NCBI RefSeq assembly: GCF_001457595.1
Contig: NZ_LN831039.1
Span: 3,750,001 to 3,782,000, forward strand
From: Mycolicibacterium smegmatis
Lineage (GTDB): Bacteria; Actinomycetota; Actinomycetes; Mycobacteriales; Mycobacteriaceae
Direction: 5' to 3'
DNA length: 32,000 nucleotides
The position numbers and the translations under genes are program-made. Below the pieces are notes generated by a model. That model was not told where the DNA came from and searched no databases. It saw nothing but the letters and a program-made list of their open reading frames with translations. Shown here in pieces: positions 22,788-32,000 of this stretch (within the stretch, counting starts at the first letter, position 1; every line of letters begins with the position of its first letter).

Positions 22788-22976
22788 GTCGTCGACCCGA
22801 TCGGGCGCCTGAGAGATTCGGCCCACGACCGTGCGAGCCTTTCCCCATGGGCGGGCGCCTGCCGGCGCCGCTTTCCAGAGGCATCGTGGCCTGGTGCGGT
22901 CCTGGGTGCCTGAGAGGTTGACGGAGAGGTGTTGCTCCTTCGGCGCCCGTGACTGGCGATCACGGAACTCTCCCGC
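22788..22976 (-). promoter_or_regulatory. Tandem glycine riboswitch (two gcvT-type aptamers) upstream of gcvP
   Basis: Minus-strand GCGGGAGAGTTCCGTGATCGCCAGTCACGGGCGCCGAAGGAGCAA...CCTCTCAGGCACCCAGGACCGCAC, followed by a second unit GATGCCTCTGGAAAG...GGGGAAAGGCTCGC...GGGCCGAATCTCTCAGGCGCCCGATCGGGTCGACGACAGAGGGAGAGG. Confidence 0.92.
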
Positions 22977-23034
22977 ACAGGTCGATGCGCTGCAAATTCT
23001 ACCGCTCGACCCGGGATGTGGTGAGTCGGTGCGT

Positions 23035-23649
23035 TCAGCCGATCTTGCGGTCGCGGCTCTTGCGACGCGACGCCAGCTCGTCCTCGGGCGCCGCTATCGC
23101 CTCGCCGCCATCGGCGCGCTCGCTCGGGAAGTCGGCGATGACGCCGGTCAGCTCGCGCATGGCGCCCGACACCGCGATGCCGAACACGCCCTGGCCGCCC
23201 TGCAGGAGGTCGACGACCTCTTCGGCCGACGTGCACTCGTAGACGGTCGTGCCGTCGGAGAACAGCGTGATGTTGGCGAGGTCCTGCACACCGCGCTGGC
23301 GTAGGTGGTCGACCGCGACGCGGATGTTGTGCAGCGAGATACCGGTGTCCAGCAGACGCTTGACGATCTTGAGGACCAGGATGTCCTTGAACGAGTAGAG
23401 CCGCTGGCTGCCCGAACCCGCCGCGCTGCGGATGGACGGCACCACCAGCGAGGTGCGGGCCCAGTAATCCAACTGCCGGTAGGTGATGCCTGCGATCTGG
23501 CACGCGCTGGGACCGCGGTAACCGACGAGTTCGTCGGGCACGGAGTCGTCGGGGAACAACCCTGCCTGCACGGGTTCGCTGGACGGCCTGACAGGTGGCT
23601 CTGCCCCAGTGGTCAGATCCAACTCTCCCTGCCGTGGCGTGTCACCCAC
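23035..23649 (-). CDS. MerR-family transcriptional regulator (Rv1830-like)
   Basis: 204 aa: GYRGPSACQIAGITYRQLDYWARTSLVVPSIR...GSQRLYSFKDILVLKIVKRLLDTGISL is a MerR helix-turn-helix. Confidence 0.93.
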   Translation of the reverse strand: MGDTPRQGELDLTTGAEPPVRPSSEPVQAGLFPDDSVPDELVGYRGPSACQIAGITYRQLDYWARTSLVVPSIRSAAGSGSQRLYSFKDILVLKIVKRLLDTGISLHNIRVAVDHLRQRGVQDLANITLFSDGTTVYECTSAEEVVDLLQGGQGVFGIAVSGAMRELTGVIADFPSERADGGEAIAAPEDELASRRKSRDRKIG

Positions 23650-23902
23650 TGTGAATCCTCTCGCCGATCGAACTCGTCCGCCGTCTGTCGCAGCAACTCG
23701 CTCCTGCGACGGTCCGCCCCAAGCCCGAATGTGTCGAGCATACGCTTCCCGCCGGGTCCTGACTGCTGGCTGCTGTGAAAAGTATGGCTGCCGAAATCCC
23801 CCTCGGATGCCACCACAACCGCGTGTCGAACGCGATAGTCCCAGTTGAGACGCTTCCGTGACCTACCCGGCACTACAGCGAAATCCGTCGGAACCCGCTA
23901 CC

Positions 23903-24397
23903 TCAGGTGGCCTTGAAATCGTCCGGCGACACGCTGTCGAGGAACTCCTTGAACTTCTCCACCTCGTCCTCGCGAACGGTGCCGGACTCTTCCTCGTCGT
24001 TCTCGTCGGGGATCAGCAGGCCGGCCTCGGCCAGCACCGCCTCTTCCACGTAGATCGGGACGCCGACGCGCAGCGCGATCGCCACCGAATCCGACGGCCG
24101 TGCCGACACCTTGATGTCGCGGTCGAAGATCAGGTCGGCGTAGAACGTGCCTTCCTGCAGATCGACGATGCGCACCTCTTTGAGCGAATGTCCCAGTGCC
24201 GCAATGAGATCTCGGATCAGATCGTGCGTCAACGGCCGGGCGGGTTCGACGCCCTGCTGTTCCAGCGCGATCGCGGCCGCCTCCGACTGCCCGATCCAAA
24301 TCGGCAGGTAACGGTCGCCGTTGGATTCGCGCAGCAGCAGTACCGGCTGGTTCTGCGGCTGTTCCACACGAATGCCGACCACCCGAACCTCAGCCAT
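23903..24397 (-). CDS. Bifunctional nuclease-family (DUF151/BFN) protein (Rv1829-like)
   Basis: 164 aa: QPVLLLRESNGDRYLPIWIGQSEAAAIALEQQG, DLQEGTFYADLIF and PSDSVAIALRVGVPIYVEE are characteristic of the family. Confidence 0.93.
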   Translation of the reverse strand: MAEVRVVGIRVEQPQNQPVLLLRESNGDRYLPIWIGQSEAAAIALEQQGVEPARPLTHDLIRDLIAALGHSLKEVRIVDLQEGTFYADLIFDRDIKVSARPSDSVAIALRVGVPIYVEEAVLAEAGLLIPDENDEEESGTVREDEVEKFKEFLDSVSPDDFKAT

Positions 24398-24490
24398 CTG
24401 TGCCTACCCTCCGCACCGCTGTGCTGTATCGTCCGTGCCTTCGAGAGCGACCTGTCATCACGACCGAGCCGCCGAAATCGAGTCTAATCC

Positions 24491-25255
24491 TCAGCGATCC
24501 AGAACGTCGCGTACGGCCGACTTGATCAGCGACGTGTGAAGCGTGATCGCCAGCGCCGCGACCTCGCGGGCCAGATCGTCGGCGCGGTCACGCGCACCGG
24601 CCTTGCCCGCCTTGACCACCGGTCCGGCGATCTGCGCGATGAGATCGGACTGCCGGTCGGCCGCGGAGCGGAACGCGCGCAGGTGCCGGGGTTCGACGCC
24701 GTATTCCTCGAGCGCCTTGGCGCACTGGGCGATCACCACCGAATGCTCGTCGAACAGACCGCCCTTGCCCGGTGTGATCACGCCGTTCTTGATCAGCGCG
24801 CCCAACAGCGTCTCGTCGACGCCCGAGCGCTGGAGCAGATCCTCGCGCGTGAGCCGGATCTGTGTGGGCGCCATGCCCGACGCGGCCCGTGACACGCCGT
24901 CGGCCGTGGTGGTGCCGCCGTCGGCACCACCGTCACCGACGGGTACCAGCCGCGGCACCGCGTAGGCGGATCCGGTCTGGGGCAGTTCACCGTCGGGCAG
25001 CGCGTCGAGTTGCGCCTTGATGACTTTGAGCGGCAGGTACTGATCGCGTTGCGCGGTGAGGATGAACCGCAGCCGGGCACAGTCGTAGGCGGTGAACCGC
25101 CGGTACCCCGAAGCGGTGCGCTCCGGGGTCACCAGACCTTCGGCCTCCAGGAACCGGATCTTGGAGATGGTCACGTCCGGGAAGTCGGACCGGAGCAGGT
25201 CGAGGACCGCACCGATCGACATCCCGGCTGGTGCTGATCTGTCCGGATGGGTCAT
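24491..25255 (-). CDS. MerR-family transcriptional regulator (Rv1828-like)
   Basis: 254 aa: [55 protein letters not shown]. Confidence 0.93.
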   Translation of the reverse strand: MTHPDRSAPAGMSIGAVLDLLRSDFPDVTISKIRFLEAEGLVTPERTASGYRRFTAYDCARLRFILTAQRDQYLPLKVIKAQLDALPDGELPQTGSAYAVPRLVPVGDGGADGGTTTADGVSRAASGMAPTQIRLTREDLLQRSGVDETLLGALIKNGVITPGKGGLFDEHSVVIAQCAKALEEYGVEPRHLRAFRSAADRQSDLIAQIAGPVVKAGKAGARDRADDLAREVAALAITLHTSLIKSAVRDVLDR

Positions 25256-25290
25256 CGGCTGTTCGCGCAGGCGCTCATCGCCGCCATGGG

Positions 25291-25767
25291 TCAGGCGTTC
25301 GAGCCGCTGTCGTCGGACTTGGGCCCGGTCAGGAACACCAGACGGAACTTGCCGATCTGCACCTCGTCGCCGTTGGCGAGCACGGCCGAATCGACCGGTT
25401 CACGGTTGACGTAGGTGCCGTTGAGGCTGCCCACGTCGACCACCTGGAACTCGCCGCCCTCCAGGCGGAACTCCGCGTGCCGACGGCTCACGGTGACGTC
25501 GTCGAGGAAGATGTCGCTGTCGGGGTGCCGACCGGCCGACGTGGTCGGCTGGTCGAGTAGGAAACGTGACCCCGCGTTCGGTCCACGCTTGACGACAAGC
25601 AAAGCCGACCCCGAGGGCAGGCCCTCGACGCCCGACACGGCGCCTTCGGTACCCGCCGCGGCGGGGGCGTCCAGTTCGTTCAGGAAGTCGGCGCGGAAGA
25701 CCGATGTGGTCTCTACCGTCACATCCTCCGACTGGTCCGCCCCCAAATTGCTGTCTTTGTCCGTCAC
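25291..25767 (-). CDS. garA: FHA-domain glycogen accumulation regulator / 2-oxoglutarate metabolism regulator
   Basis: 158 aa from GTG: [28 protein letters not shown] includes the conserved ETTS phosphorylation motif. The FHA core [24 protein letters not shown] is present. The track ORF starts 27 codons too early. Confidence 0.97.
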   Translation of the reverse strand: MTDKDSNLGADQSEDVTVETTSVFRADFLNELDAPAAAGTEGAVSGVEGLPSGSALLVVKRGPNAGSRFLLDQPTTSAGRHPDSDIFLDDVTVSRRHAEFRLEGGEFQVVDVGSLNGTYVNREPVDSAVLANGDEVQIGKFRLVFLTGPKSDDSGSNA

Positions 25768-25943
25768 CCGCTGCTCCTCACTGGCTGCTGTGGCGTTGCC
25801 CGACGGGGCCTGGGCCGTCGCCGGTCTAACGTTGACCGTACCGCGCAATGGGCGTCGCTGTACTCACCACCGCCGGATCCGATGGGGTGGATGTCTGCGC
25901 GCCGGGCACGGTCGATCCGGTCGTGCAAAACCCTAACAATCCG

Positions 25944-26339
25944 TCACTCGGTGACGACCGCGCGGTAGCCCTCCGCGTCCAGCAAACCGCCGAGCGCCTC
26001 GTCGAGGGTGCCCGCCTCGACCCGCAGGTCGACCAGCCAGCCCTCGCCGTACGGATCGGAGTTGACCAGCTCGGGGCTGCCTTCCAGATCACCGTTGACG
26101 GCAACGACTTTCGCGGTGACCGGTGCGTAGAGATCCGACACCGACTTGGTGGATTCGACCTCGCCGAACGCGTCGCCCGAGGCGACGTCGGCGCCGACGT
26201 CGGGCAGCTGGACGAACACCACGTCGCCGAGGGCGGACTGCGCGTAGTCGGTGATGCCGACGCGCACCGTGTCGTCACCGGTGCGCAACACCCACTCGTG
26301 CTCGGAGGTGTAGTACAGGTCGGCTGGGATCTCGCTCAC
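25944..26339 (-). CDS. gcvH: Glycine cleavage system H protein
   Basis: 131 aa: [16 protein letters not shown] and the lipoyl region [22 protein letters not shown]. Confidence 0.98.
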   Translation of the reverse strand: MSEIPADLYYTSEHEWVLRTGDDTVRVGITDYAQSALGDVVFVQLPDVGADVASGDAFGEVESTKSVSDLYAPVTAKVVAVNGDLEGSPELVNSDPYGEGWLVDLRVEAGTLDEALGGLLDAEGYRAVVTE

Positions 26340-26361
26340 GGCGCTCCTTGTGTTGTCCGGG

Positions 26362-27195
26362 TCATTTGACGGGCTGAGCGTATTGGCGCGGTTTCGGTTG
26401 CCGCAAGGCGGTGACGTCGACCTGCTCGGCTTGTTGTATCACCATCGTGCCGCCGACACGCTTGACGCTGTCCATCGCGCCGCCGGGGATGTTCATCGCG
26501 GCGGCCAGGGTGGGCGGATCCCCAATGGCGAGAACCGAATAGGGCGGACGCACCGTGACGTCGTCGAAGATCAGCTCGCCGGGCGTGCCCGCGATCCAGG
26601 TGTCGACGCCGACGCGCACCGCGGTCTGCTGGTCACCGCCGCCGCGGATCTCGATGGCCTCGGCTCCGGCCGCACGCAACTCGTTGATGACGTCGAGCAT
26701 GGTCTCCGCCGAGACGCCGGGTCCGGTGTCGGTGATGGTCAACGTCACACCGGGCCCGGTGGCCGCCACCGTGCCGATCTGGATCGACAGCGCGGCCAGA
26801 CGGGCCTGGGCGTTCTCGATCGCGGCCTGGTCGCTGCTGCCGGAGGCCTGCAGTTCCTGCAGCGTGCGCCGCAGATCGGCCACCTCGGTGTTGAGCGACG
26901 CCTCGCGTTGCTGAAGTGAATCGAGCAACACGAGAAGGTCCGCGGGCCTGGCGGTCTCCAGCGAATCGCCGGATTCGTTCTGGCGCACCTGCGTGACGAT
27001 CGCGACGCCGAGCAGCAGGCACAGCAGCACGCCGAGCGCGCCGAACATCAACTGCGAACGGGTCTTGGGCGCCGCGGCGGGATCGCGCTTGAACATCCGG
27101 AACCGCGAGGTGGGTTCCGGCATCTCGTGGCGGCCGTGGTGTTCGGCACCGCGACCGGTGGGTGCCGCGGTCGGGTTCTCGGGGTTCTCGGTCAT
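26362..27195 (-). CDS. DUF881-family membrane protein (Rv1825-like)
   Basis: 277 aa. One N-terminal transmembrane segment, coiled-coil region, and [37 protein letters not shown]. Confidence 0.9.
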   Translation of the reverse strand: MTENPENPTAAPTGRGAEHHGRHEMPEPTSRFRMFKRDPAAAPKTRSQLMFGALGVLLCLLLGVAIVTQVRQNESGDSLETARPADLLVLLDSLQQREASLNTEVADLRRTLQELQASGSSDQAAIENAQARLAALSIQIGTVAATGPGVTLTITDTGPGVSAETMLDVINELRAAGAEAIEIRGGGDQQTAVRVGVDTWIAGTPGELIFDDVTVRPPYSVLAIGDPPTLAAAMNIPGGAMDSVKRVGGTMVIQQAEQVDVTALRQPKPRQYAQPVK

Positions 27196-27221
27196 GTCAA
27201 CAATCCGGACATCGGAAAATC

Positions 27222-27554
27222 TCAGGCTCCGAACAGTCTGCGCCGCAACGCCGCGGCGTTTCCGAAGATCCGGATTCCCAGCACCACGATGATCGCGGTC
27301 GACAACTGCGTGCCCACCCCCAGCTGGTCACCGAGGTACACGATCAGGGCCGCCACGAGCACGTTGAACACGAACGACACCACGAACACCTTGGAGTCGA
27401 AGATCTTCTCCAGATAGGCACGCAGCCCGCCGAACACCGCGTCGAGCGCCGCGACCACGGCGATCGGCAGGTACGGCTCGACGACCTCCGGCACGTCGGG
27501 GCGGAACACCAGCCCCAGGACGATGCCGACGACAAGAGCAACGATCCCGATCAT
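27222..27554 (-). CDS. Small basic membrane protein, DUF1290/Sbp family (Rv1824-like)
   Basis: 110 aa hydrophobic protein: MIGIVALVVGIVLGLVFRPDVPEVVEPYLPIAVVAALDAVFGGLRAYLE. Confidence 0.92.
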   Translation of the reverse strand: MIGIVALVVGIVLGLVFRPDVPEVVEPYLPIAVVAALDAVFGGLRAYLEKIFDSKVFVVSFVFNVLVAALIVYLGDQLGVGTQLSTAIIVVLGIRIFGNAAALRRRLFGA

Positions 27555-27583
27555 CTAGTCCGTCAATCCCGTTCTACCCACTG

Positions 27584-28507
27584 CTATCCAATCTGCTTGC
27601 CGAACCTGACATCTCGCACCGCGACCGCGGGCACGTCGAGGCCGTCGCCCATGCTCACGTTGACCCCTGCGCCGTACGAGGTCTCCAACAGCCGCAGGCG
27701 CTGCAGCGCGGGGCTGCGGTCGAACACCTGCGCCATGGCGTTCGGCGGGCCGATCGCCACGATCTCGTACGGACTGGTGATCGGTTGATTGTCGACCAGG
27801 ATGCCGCCGCCGGCCTGCCGAATGGTGACCCCGGCCCCCACGCGCACGCCGCCCACGGAGATGGCCTCCGCTCCGCTGGCCCACAGCGAGTTGACCACCA
27901 GTTGCAGATCCCGGTCGAGGATGACCTGCTGGCTGCCCGCGACGCGTTGCTTGGACACGTCGCTGAGATCGCGCGACATACCCGGATCCGTGACCGTGAC
28001 GGTGAGCCCCGGACCGATCATCGGAACAGCCGCGGCGGCGACGTTCGCCGAGTCGAGATCGTCGAGCAACCGCTGACCGTCGGCGTCCATGCCGAGGCGC
28101 CTGCGCTGCTCGGTGTCGACCGCCTCGGCCAGGGCGTTGCGCTCGGCGCCGGACTGATCGGCCGCGGTCTCGGCGGCGCGCACCCGCGCCGCGAGCGCGT
28201 GCTGGGCCTCCCGCGCCGCAGGCGCAGCGAGCTGCACCTGGGCCGCCGCGATCGCGAAGACCGCGGCGATCGCCAGGGCCGCGAGCACCTCCCAGCCCCA
28301 TTCGAAGACACGCTTGCGCGGGGGCTTTCCGGCCTTGCGTTCCTCGGCGGCCGCGGCGTAGCCGGGATCGAGGTGCTCCGACAGCAGCGACCGCAGCAGC
28401 GACGGCACCGGGATGCGGGTCGGCGCGCCGGCCTCGTGGCGGTTGAGGCCCGCGTTGGGGTCGGTGTACGGACGGGTGAACGAGCCGTACCCGCCGAGCG
28501 TGCTCAT
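27584..28507 (-). CDS. DUF881-family membrane protein (Rv1823-like)
   Basis: 307 aa. [18 protein letters not shown]...[30 protein letters not shown]; paralogous to the 26362-27195 product. Confidence 0.9.
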   Translation of the reverse strand: MSTLGGYGSFTRPYTDPNAGLNRHEAGAPTRIPVPSLLRSLLSEHLDPGYAAAAEERKAGKPPRKRVFEWGWEVLAALAIAAVFAIAAAQVQLAAPAAREAQHALAARVRAAETAADQSGAERNALAEAVDTEQRRRLGMDADGQRLLDDLDSANVAAAAVPMIGPGLTVTVTDPGMSRDLSDVSKQRVAGSQQVILDRDLQLVVNSLWASGAEAISVGGVRVGAGVTIRQAGGGILVDNQPITSPYEIVAIGPPNAMAQVFDRSPALQRLRLLETSYGAGVNVSMGDGLDVPAVAVRDVRFGKQIG

Positions 28508-28517
28508 CGGGCCCTGC

Positions 28518-29144
28518 TCATCGAACCGGATCCATCCGCCGCACCACCAGGACGACCTGCATCAGGTACAGCACCGCCGACCACAGGTACAGCAGCAGCC
28601 CCCAGATCAAAAACGCCCAGCCGCACGCCAGCACGACCCGGCTCCACAGCGCATCCCACTGTCCCAGCAGCACCAGCGGGAATCCCGACATCAGCGCGAA
28701 CGTCGCGGCCTTGCCGATGTAGGTGACGGGCAGCGCCGCCAGACCGCGACTGCGCAACACGGGAAGCGTCGCGGCGAGCACGGCGTCACGGCCCAGAAGC
28801 GTCAGCACGAGCCACCACGGCACCGCGCCGTAGAGCGCGAGCGCGACCGGGACGGTCACCATGTAGATGCGATCCACCAGCGGGTCGAGCAGCTCGCCGA
28901 GCCGCGACGACTGGTTGGCGACCAGCCGGGCGATCTTGCCGTCGGCCCAGTCGGAGAAACCGCTGAACATCAGGACCGCGACGGCCCAGCCCTGCGCGTG
29001 CGCGACCAGCAGCAGGTACAGGAACACGGGCACCAGCAGCAGGCGCACGAAGCTCAGCACGTTGGGTACCGTCAGCACCCGGTCGCGCCCCTCGTCCGCC
29101 GCAGGCACCGCGCTCCCGCCCTGGGCAGCAGGCGCGTCTTCCAT
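28518..29144 (-). CDS. pgsA2: CDP-alcohol phosphatidyltransferase (PgsA2-like)
   Basis: 208 aa with motif [25 protein letters not shown] (DGxxAR...GxxxDxxxD) and several transmembrane segments; adjacent to secA2. Confidence 0.88.
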   Translation of the reverse strand: MEDAPAAQGGSAVPAADEGRDRVLTVPNVLSFVRLLLVPVFLYLLLVAHAQGWAVAVLMFSGFSDWADGKIARLVANQSSRLGELLDPLVDRIYMVTVPVALALYGAVPWWLVLTLLGRDAVLAATLPVLRSRGLAALPVTYIGKAATFALMSGFPLVLLGQWDALWSRVVLACGWAFLIWGLLLYLWSAVLYLMQVVLVVRRMDPVR

Positions 29145-29167
29145 GCCTAGAACCTAATGGCTGGGGC

Positions 29168-31522
29168 CTAGCGGAACACACCCGGCAGGCTCAGCGCCGA
29201 CATCGTGTCGTCGGCCAGCGGGTTGTCGTGGACCATGTAGGTCCACGTCGAGGTGGGCCGCGCGAGTTTCGACAGGTCGACGCCCGGTTCGTCGGCGACC
29301 GACTCCGCGGTCTCGAACGTCTGCTGGGCGGCCTCGATGGCGTCGGCGGCCAGTGAGGCGAACGCGTCGACGGCCATGCGGTGGAACTCGTCGAGCGGAT
29401 TCTGCCTGCCCAGTGCCCGCAGGTGGATGCTCTCGCGGATGTCGGCGAGGAACGCCAGATGCTCACACCAGCCACGGTCGAGGTGGTACAGCATGATCAA
29501 CCGGCAGATCTTCTCCAGCCGCTCCTCGGCGTCCTCGCCGAGTTCCTCGGCCAGCTTGGCGTACCGCTCGGGCGAGCGTTCCTTGAGCTCTTCGCGCGCG
29601 GTGTCGGTGCGCAGCAGGGTCTCGCGGCGCTCGACGATGATGGCGCGCTGCTGGGCGATCAACTGGTTGTAGCGCCACGTGTTGGCGTGCACGTCGAGCA
29701 GCCGGCCCTCGGCGACGCGCTGCGCGTGGTCGAGCAGGCTCGCGGCGCGCGGCGCGATGATCCGGCCGTCGCCGGCGTCCGGGTCGGTCTCCATCGGCAG
29801 CTTGCTGCGTTCGAGGTGCGCGGCGACGACGTCGTCCTCCCAGCTGGAGAAGAACACCGACGAACCGGGGTCACCCTGGCGTCCCGCGCGCCCGCGCAAC
29901 TGGTTGTCGAGCCGCTCGGTGTGGTGCCTACCGGTGCCGACGACGTGCAGGCCACCCAGTTCGGCGACCTTCTTCTTCTCGGCGTCGTCGTCACCGACGT
30001 CGGAGCCGCCGAGCCGGATGTCGGTGCCGCGGCCTGCCATCTGCGTCGACACGGTGACGGCGCCGAGCTTGCCTGCCTCGGCGATCACCGCGGCCTCTTC
30101 CGCGTCGTTCTTGGCGTTGAGCACGACGGCGGGCACCCCGGCCTTCAGGAGCTTCTCGTGCAGTTCCTCGGACTCGGCGACGTCGTGGGTGCCGACCAGC
30201 ACGGGCTGCCCGGTCTTGTGCACCTCGGCGATGTGCTCGACGATCGCGTCGATCTTGGCCGCGGCCGTGATGTAGACCCGGTCGGGTTCGTCCTTGCGGA
30301 TGTTGGGGGTGTTCGGCGGGATCGGCGAGACACCGAGCTTGTAGAACTGCCTCAGCTGCTCACCGGCCGCGAGCGCCGTGCCGGTCATGCCGCACACGCG
30401 CGGGTACCGGTTGATGAGCGCCTGCACCGTGATGGTGTCGAGCACCTCGCCGGTCTCGGTGGTCTCGATGCCCTCCTTGGCCTCCACCGCGGCCTGCAGC
30501 CCGTCGGGCCAGCGCTGCAGCGACGCGATGCGCCCGCGCGACGCGTTGATCAGGTGCACGGCGTCGTCGCGCACGATGTAGTGCACGTCGCGCTGCAGCA
30601 GCACGTGGGCGTGCAGCGCCACGTTGATCTCGGTGAGCGTGGTGCCCACGTGCTCCTCGGAGTACAGGTCGATGCCGCCGAGCTTGGCCTCCATGACGCG
30701 GGCCCCGGCCTCGGTGAGGTGCACGTTGCGGCTCTCGGCGTCGGTGTCGTAGTGCTTGCCCGCCTCGAGCTCGCCGACCATCCGGATGATCTCGACACGC
30801 GGCTGTTCGCGGTGGCTGGTGCCCGCCAGCACGAGCGGCACGAGCGCCTCGTCGACCAGCACCGAGTCGGCCTCGTCGATCAGCGCGACGTCCGGGTTCG
30901 GCGACACCAGGTCGGCGACGTCGGTGACCAGCTGATCGCGCAGCACGTCGAAGCCGATCTCGTTGACCGACGCATACGTCACGTCGCACTGGTAGGCCTC
31001 GCGGCGCTCGTCGGCCGTGGAGTCGGCCGTGATCCAGCCGACCGTGAGCCCGAGCGCCTTGAGCAGCGGGCCCATCCATTCGGCGTCGCGGCGCGCGAGG
31101 TAGTCGTTGATGGTGATGACGTGGACGCGGCGTCCGCCGAGCGCGTAACCGGCCGCGGCGATCGCACCGGCCAGCGTCTTGCCCTCACCCGTGGCCATCT
31201 CCACGACGTCGCCCGCGAGCATGCGCAGGGCGGCCAGCAGCTGCACGTCGAACGGGCGAAGCCCCGTGGTGCGCTCGGCGGCCTCCCGCGCGATCGCGAG
31301 AAACTGCGTGATGTCCGACGCTCCGGCCAGGTCTTCGAGTTTCAGCAGCTTGGCGGCCTTGGTGAGCTGCTCGTCGTCGAGGTCGGCGGCCTTCTTCTCG
31401 AAGTCGGCCGCACCTTTGACCTCCGACAGCGAGCGGGCCTGATTCCGCTCGATGCTGGCACCCAACAGCTTCCAGAACTTGCTACTCAAGCGCCCCGGTT
31501 TGGCGCTGGACGTCTTCGGCAC
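29168..31522 (-). CDS. secA2: Accessory preprotein translocase ATPase SecA2
   Basis: About 784 aa. [22 protein letters not shown] (Walker A), [15 protein letters not shown] (DEAD), and [17 protein letters not shown]. Start set at the GTG for (V)[16 protein letters not shown]; the exact start is uncertain (track start 31564). Confidence 0.94.
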   Translation of the reverse strand: MPKTSSAKPGRLSSKFWKLLGASIERNQARSLSEVKGAADFEKKAADLDDEQLTKAAKLLKLEDLAGASDITQFLAIAREAAERTTGLRPFDVQLLAALRMLAGDVVEMATGEGKTLAGAIAAAGYALGGRRVHVITINDYLARRDAEWMGPLLKALGLTVGWITADSTADERREAYQCDVTYASVNEIGFDVLRDQLVTDVADLVSPNPDVALIDEADSVLVDEALVPLVLAGTSHREQPRVEIIRMVGELEAGKHYDTDAESRNVHLTEAGARVMEAKLGGIDLYSEEHVGTTLTEINVALHAHVLLQRDVHYIVRDDAVHLINASRGRIASLQRWPDGLQAAVEAKEGIETTETGEVLDTITVQALINRYPRVCGMTGTALAAGEQLRQFYKLGVSPIPPNTPNIRKDEPDRVYITAAAKIDAIVEHIAEVHKTGQPVLVGTHDVAESEELHEKLLKAGVPAVVLNAKNDAEEAAVIAEAGKLGAVTVSTQMAGRGTDIRLGGSDVGDDDAEKKKVAELGGLHVVGTGRHHTERLDNQLRGRAGRQGDPGSSVFFSSWEDDVVAAHLERSKLPMETDPDAGDGRIIAPRAASLLDHAQRVAEGRLLDVHANTWRYNQLIAQQRAIIVERRETLLRTDTAREELKERSPERYAKLAEELGEDAEERLEKICRLIMLYHLDRGWCEHLAFLADIRESIHLRALGRQNPLDEFHRMAVDAFASLAADAIEAAQQTFETAESVADEPGVDLSKLARPTSTWTYMVHDNPLADDTMSALSLPGVFR

Positions 31523-31620
31523 ACGTTTACGGTACGCGGAGGTTCGCCAGGACTCATTCGCCACGGCGTCAGTTGTGCCTCGGCCACGCCTGACGCAGGA
31601 TCGCGCGGTACCTTGCCCGC

Positions 31621-32000
31621 ATGGGAATGTTCAGCCCCACTCTCGACTGGAGCAACGAGCTCCTCACATCGCTGATCTGGATCGCCAAGGGCTGGGCGAT
31701 CGCGGCGGTGTGCACGTTGGCGGTCCTCGCACTGCTCGTGCGCTTCACGACGTGGGGCAGGCAGTACTGGCGCATCACCAGCGGATACTTCACCGGCGCC
31801 GACAGCATCAAGGTGTGGGTGTGGCTCGCGGCGCTGTTGCTGTCGGTGATCACGGGTGTGCGCCTTTCGGTGCTGTTCACCTACCAGGGCAACGACATGA
31901 TGACCAGCTTCCAGGTCATCGCAGAAGGCGTCGCGAGCGGCGACGAGGCGGTCCGCACGTCCGGCAAGGACGGCTTCTGGATGTCGCTGACGGTGTTCAC
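31621..32000 (+). CDS. SbmA/BacA-like ABC transporter, N-terminal part (Rv1819c-like; runs off the right edge)
   Basis: From the ATG at 31621: [59 protein letters not shown]...[19 protein letters not shown], typical of the SbmA/BacA family N-terminus. Confidence 0.82.
   Translation, partial: MGMFSPTLDWSNELLTSLIWIAKGWAIAAVCTLAVLALLVRFTTWGRQYWRITSGYFTGADSIKVWVWLAALLLSVITGVRLSVLFTYQGNDMMTSFQVIAEGVASGDEAVRTSGKDGFWMSLTVF

Noticed and set aside
20039-22921. 960-aa plus-strand ORF antisense to gcvP
   Set aside because: Shadow ORF of the gcvP codon structure. It also runs across the riboswitch and its translation is R/H/G/A-rich without domains.
25768-25848. 27-codon N-terminal extension of garA in the track
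   Set aside because: The conserved GarA N-terminus [21 protein letters not shown] begins at the GTG at 25767; the upstream residues are non-conserved-looking leader sequence.
29381-31675. 764-aa plus-strand ORF antisense to secA2
   Set aside because: Shadow ORF. The SecA2 motifs on the minus strand are clear and the antisense product has no recognisable features.

Overview
This window is a high-GC mycobacterial core-genome segment. Gene content and order match the Rv1819c-Rv1850 neighbourhood of M. tuberculosis, and the sequence looks like a fast-growing Mycolicibacterium close to M. smegmatis (species from recall, not searched). From left to right it holds: ureABC, a hotdog thioesterase and a FhuF/IucA-C-like gene on the minus strand; blaI-blaR(M56)-gnd-guaB1 on the plus strand; a ferric-iron ABC transporter (ATPase, permease, binding lipoprotein) on the minus strand; two CorC/HlyC-type CBS membrane proteins, a hypothetical protein, malate synthase G (glcB) and a vWA/binding-protein-like membrane protein on the plus strand; gcvP behind a tandem glycine riboswitch, two MerR regulators, a bifunctional-nuclease-family protein, garA, gcvH, two DUF881 proteins around a small basic protein, pgsA2 and secA2 on the minus strand; and the start of an SbmA/BacA-like transporter on the plus strand. 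I found no mobile element, CRISPR array, tRNA or rRNA, and no convincing new multi-gene system. The most interesting signals are regulatory. The 225-bp fhuF-like/blaI intergenic region holds an IdeR-like iron box, a perfect TGTGA-N6-TCACA CRP-like site, a 14-bp dyad and an 11-bp-spaced direct repeat. Two further iron-box-like sites lie near the thioesterase and upstream of the iron ABC operon. A hairpin that could sequester the ribosome-binding site lies between the glycine riboswitch and gcvP. A translationally coupled small ORF precedes the CorC operon.
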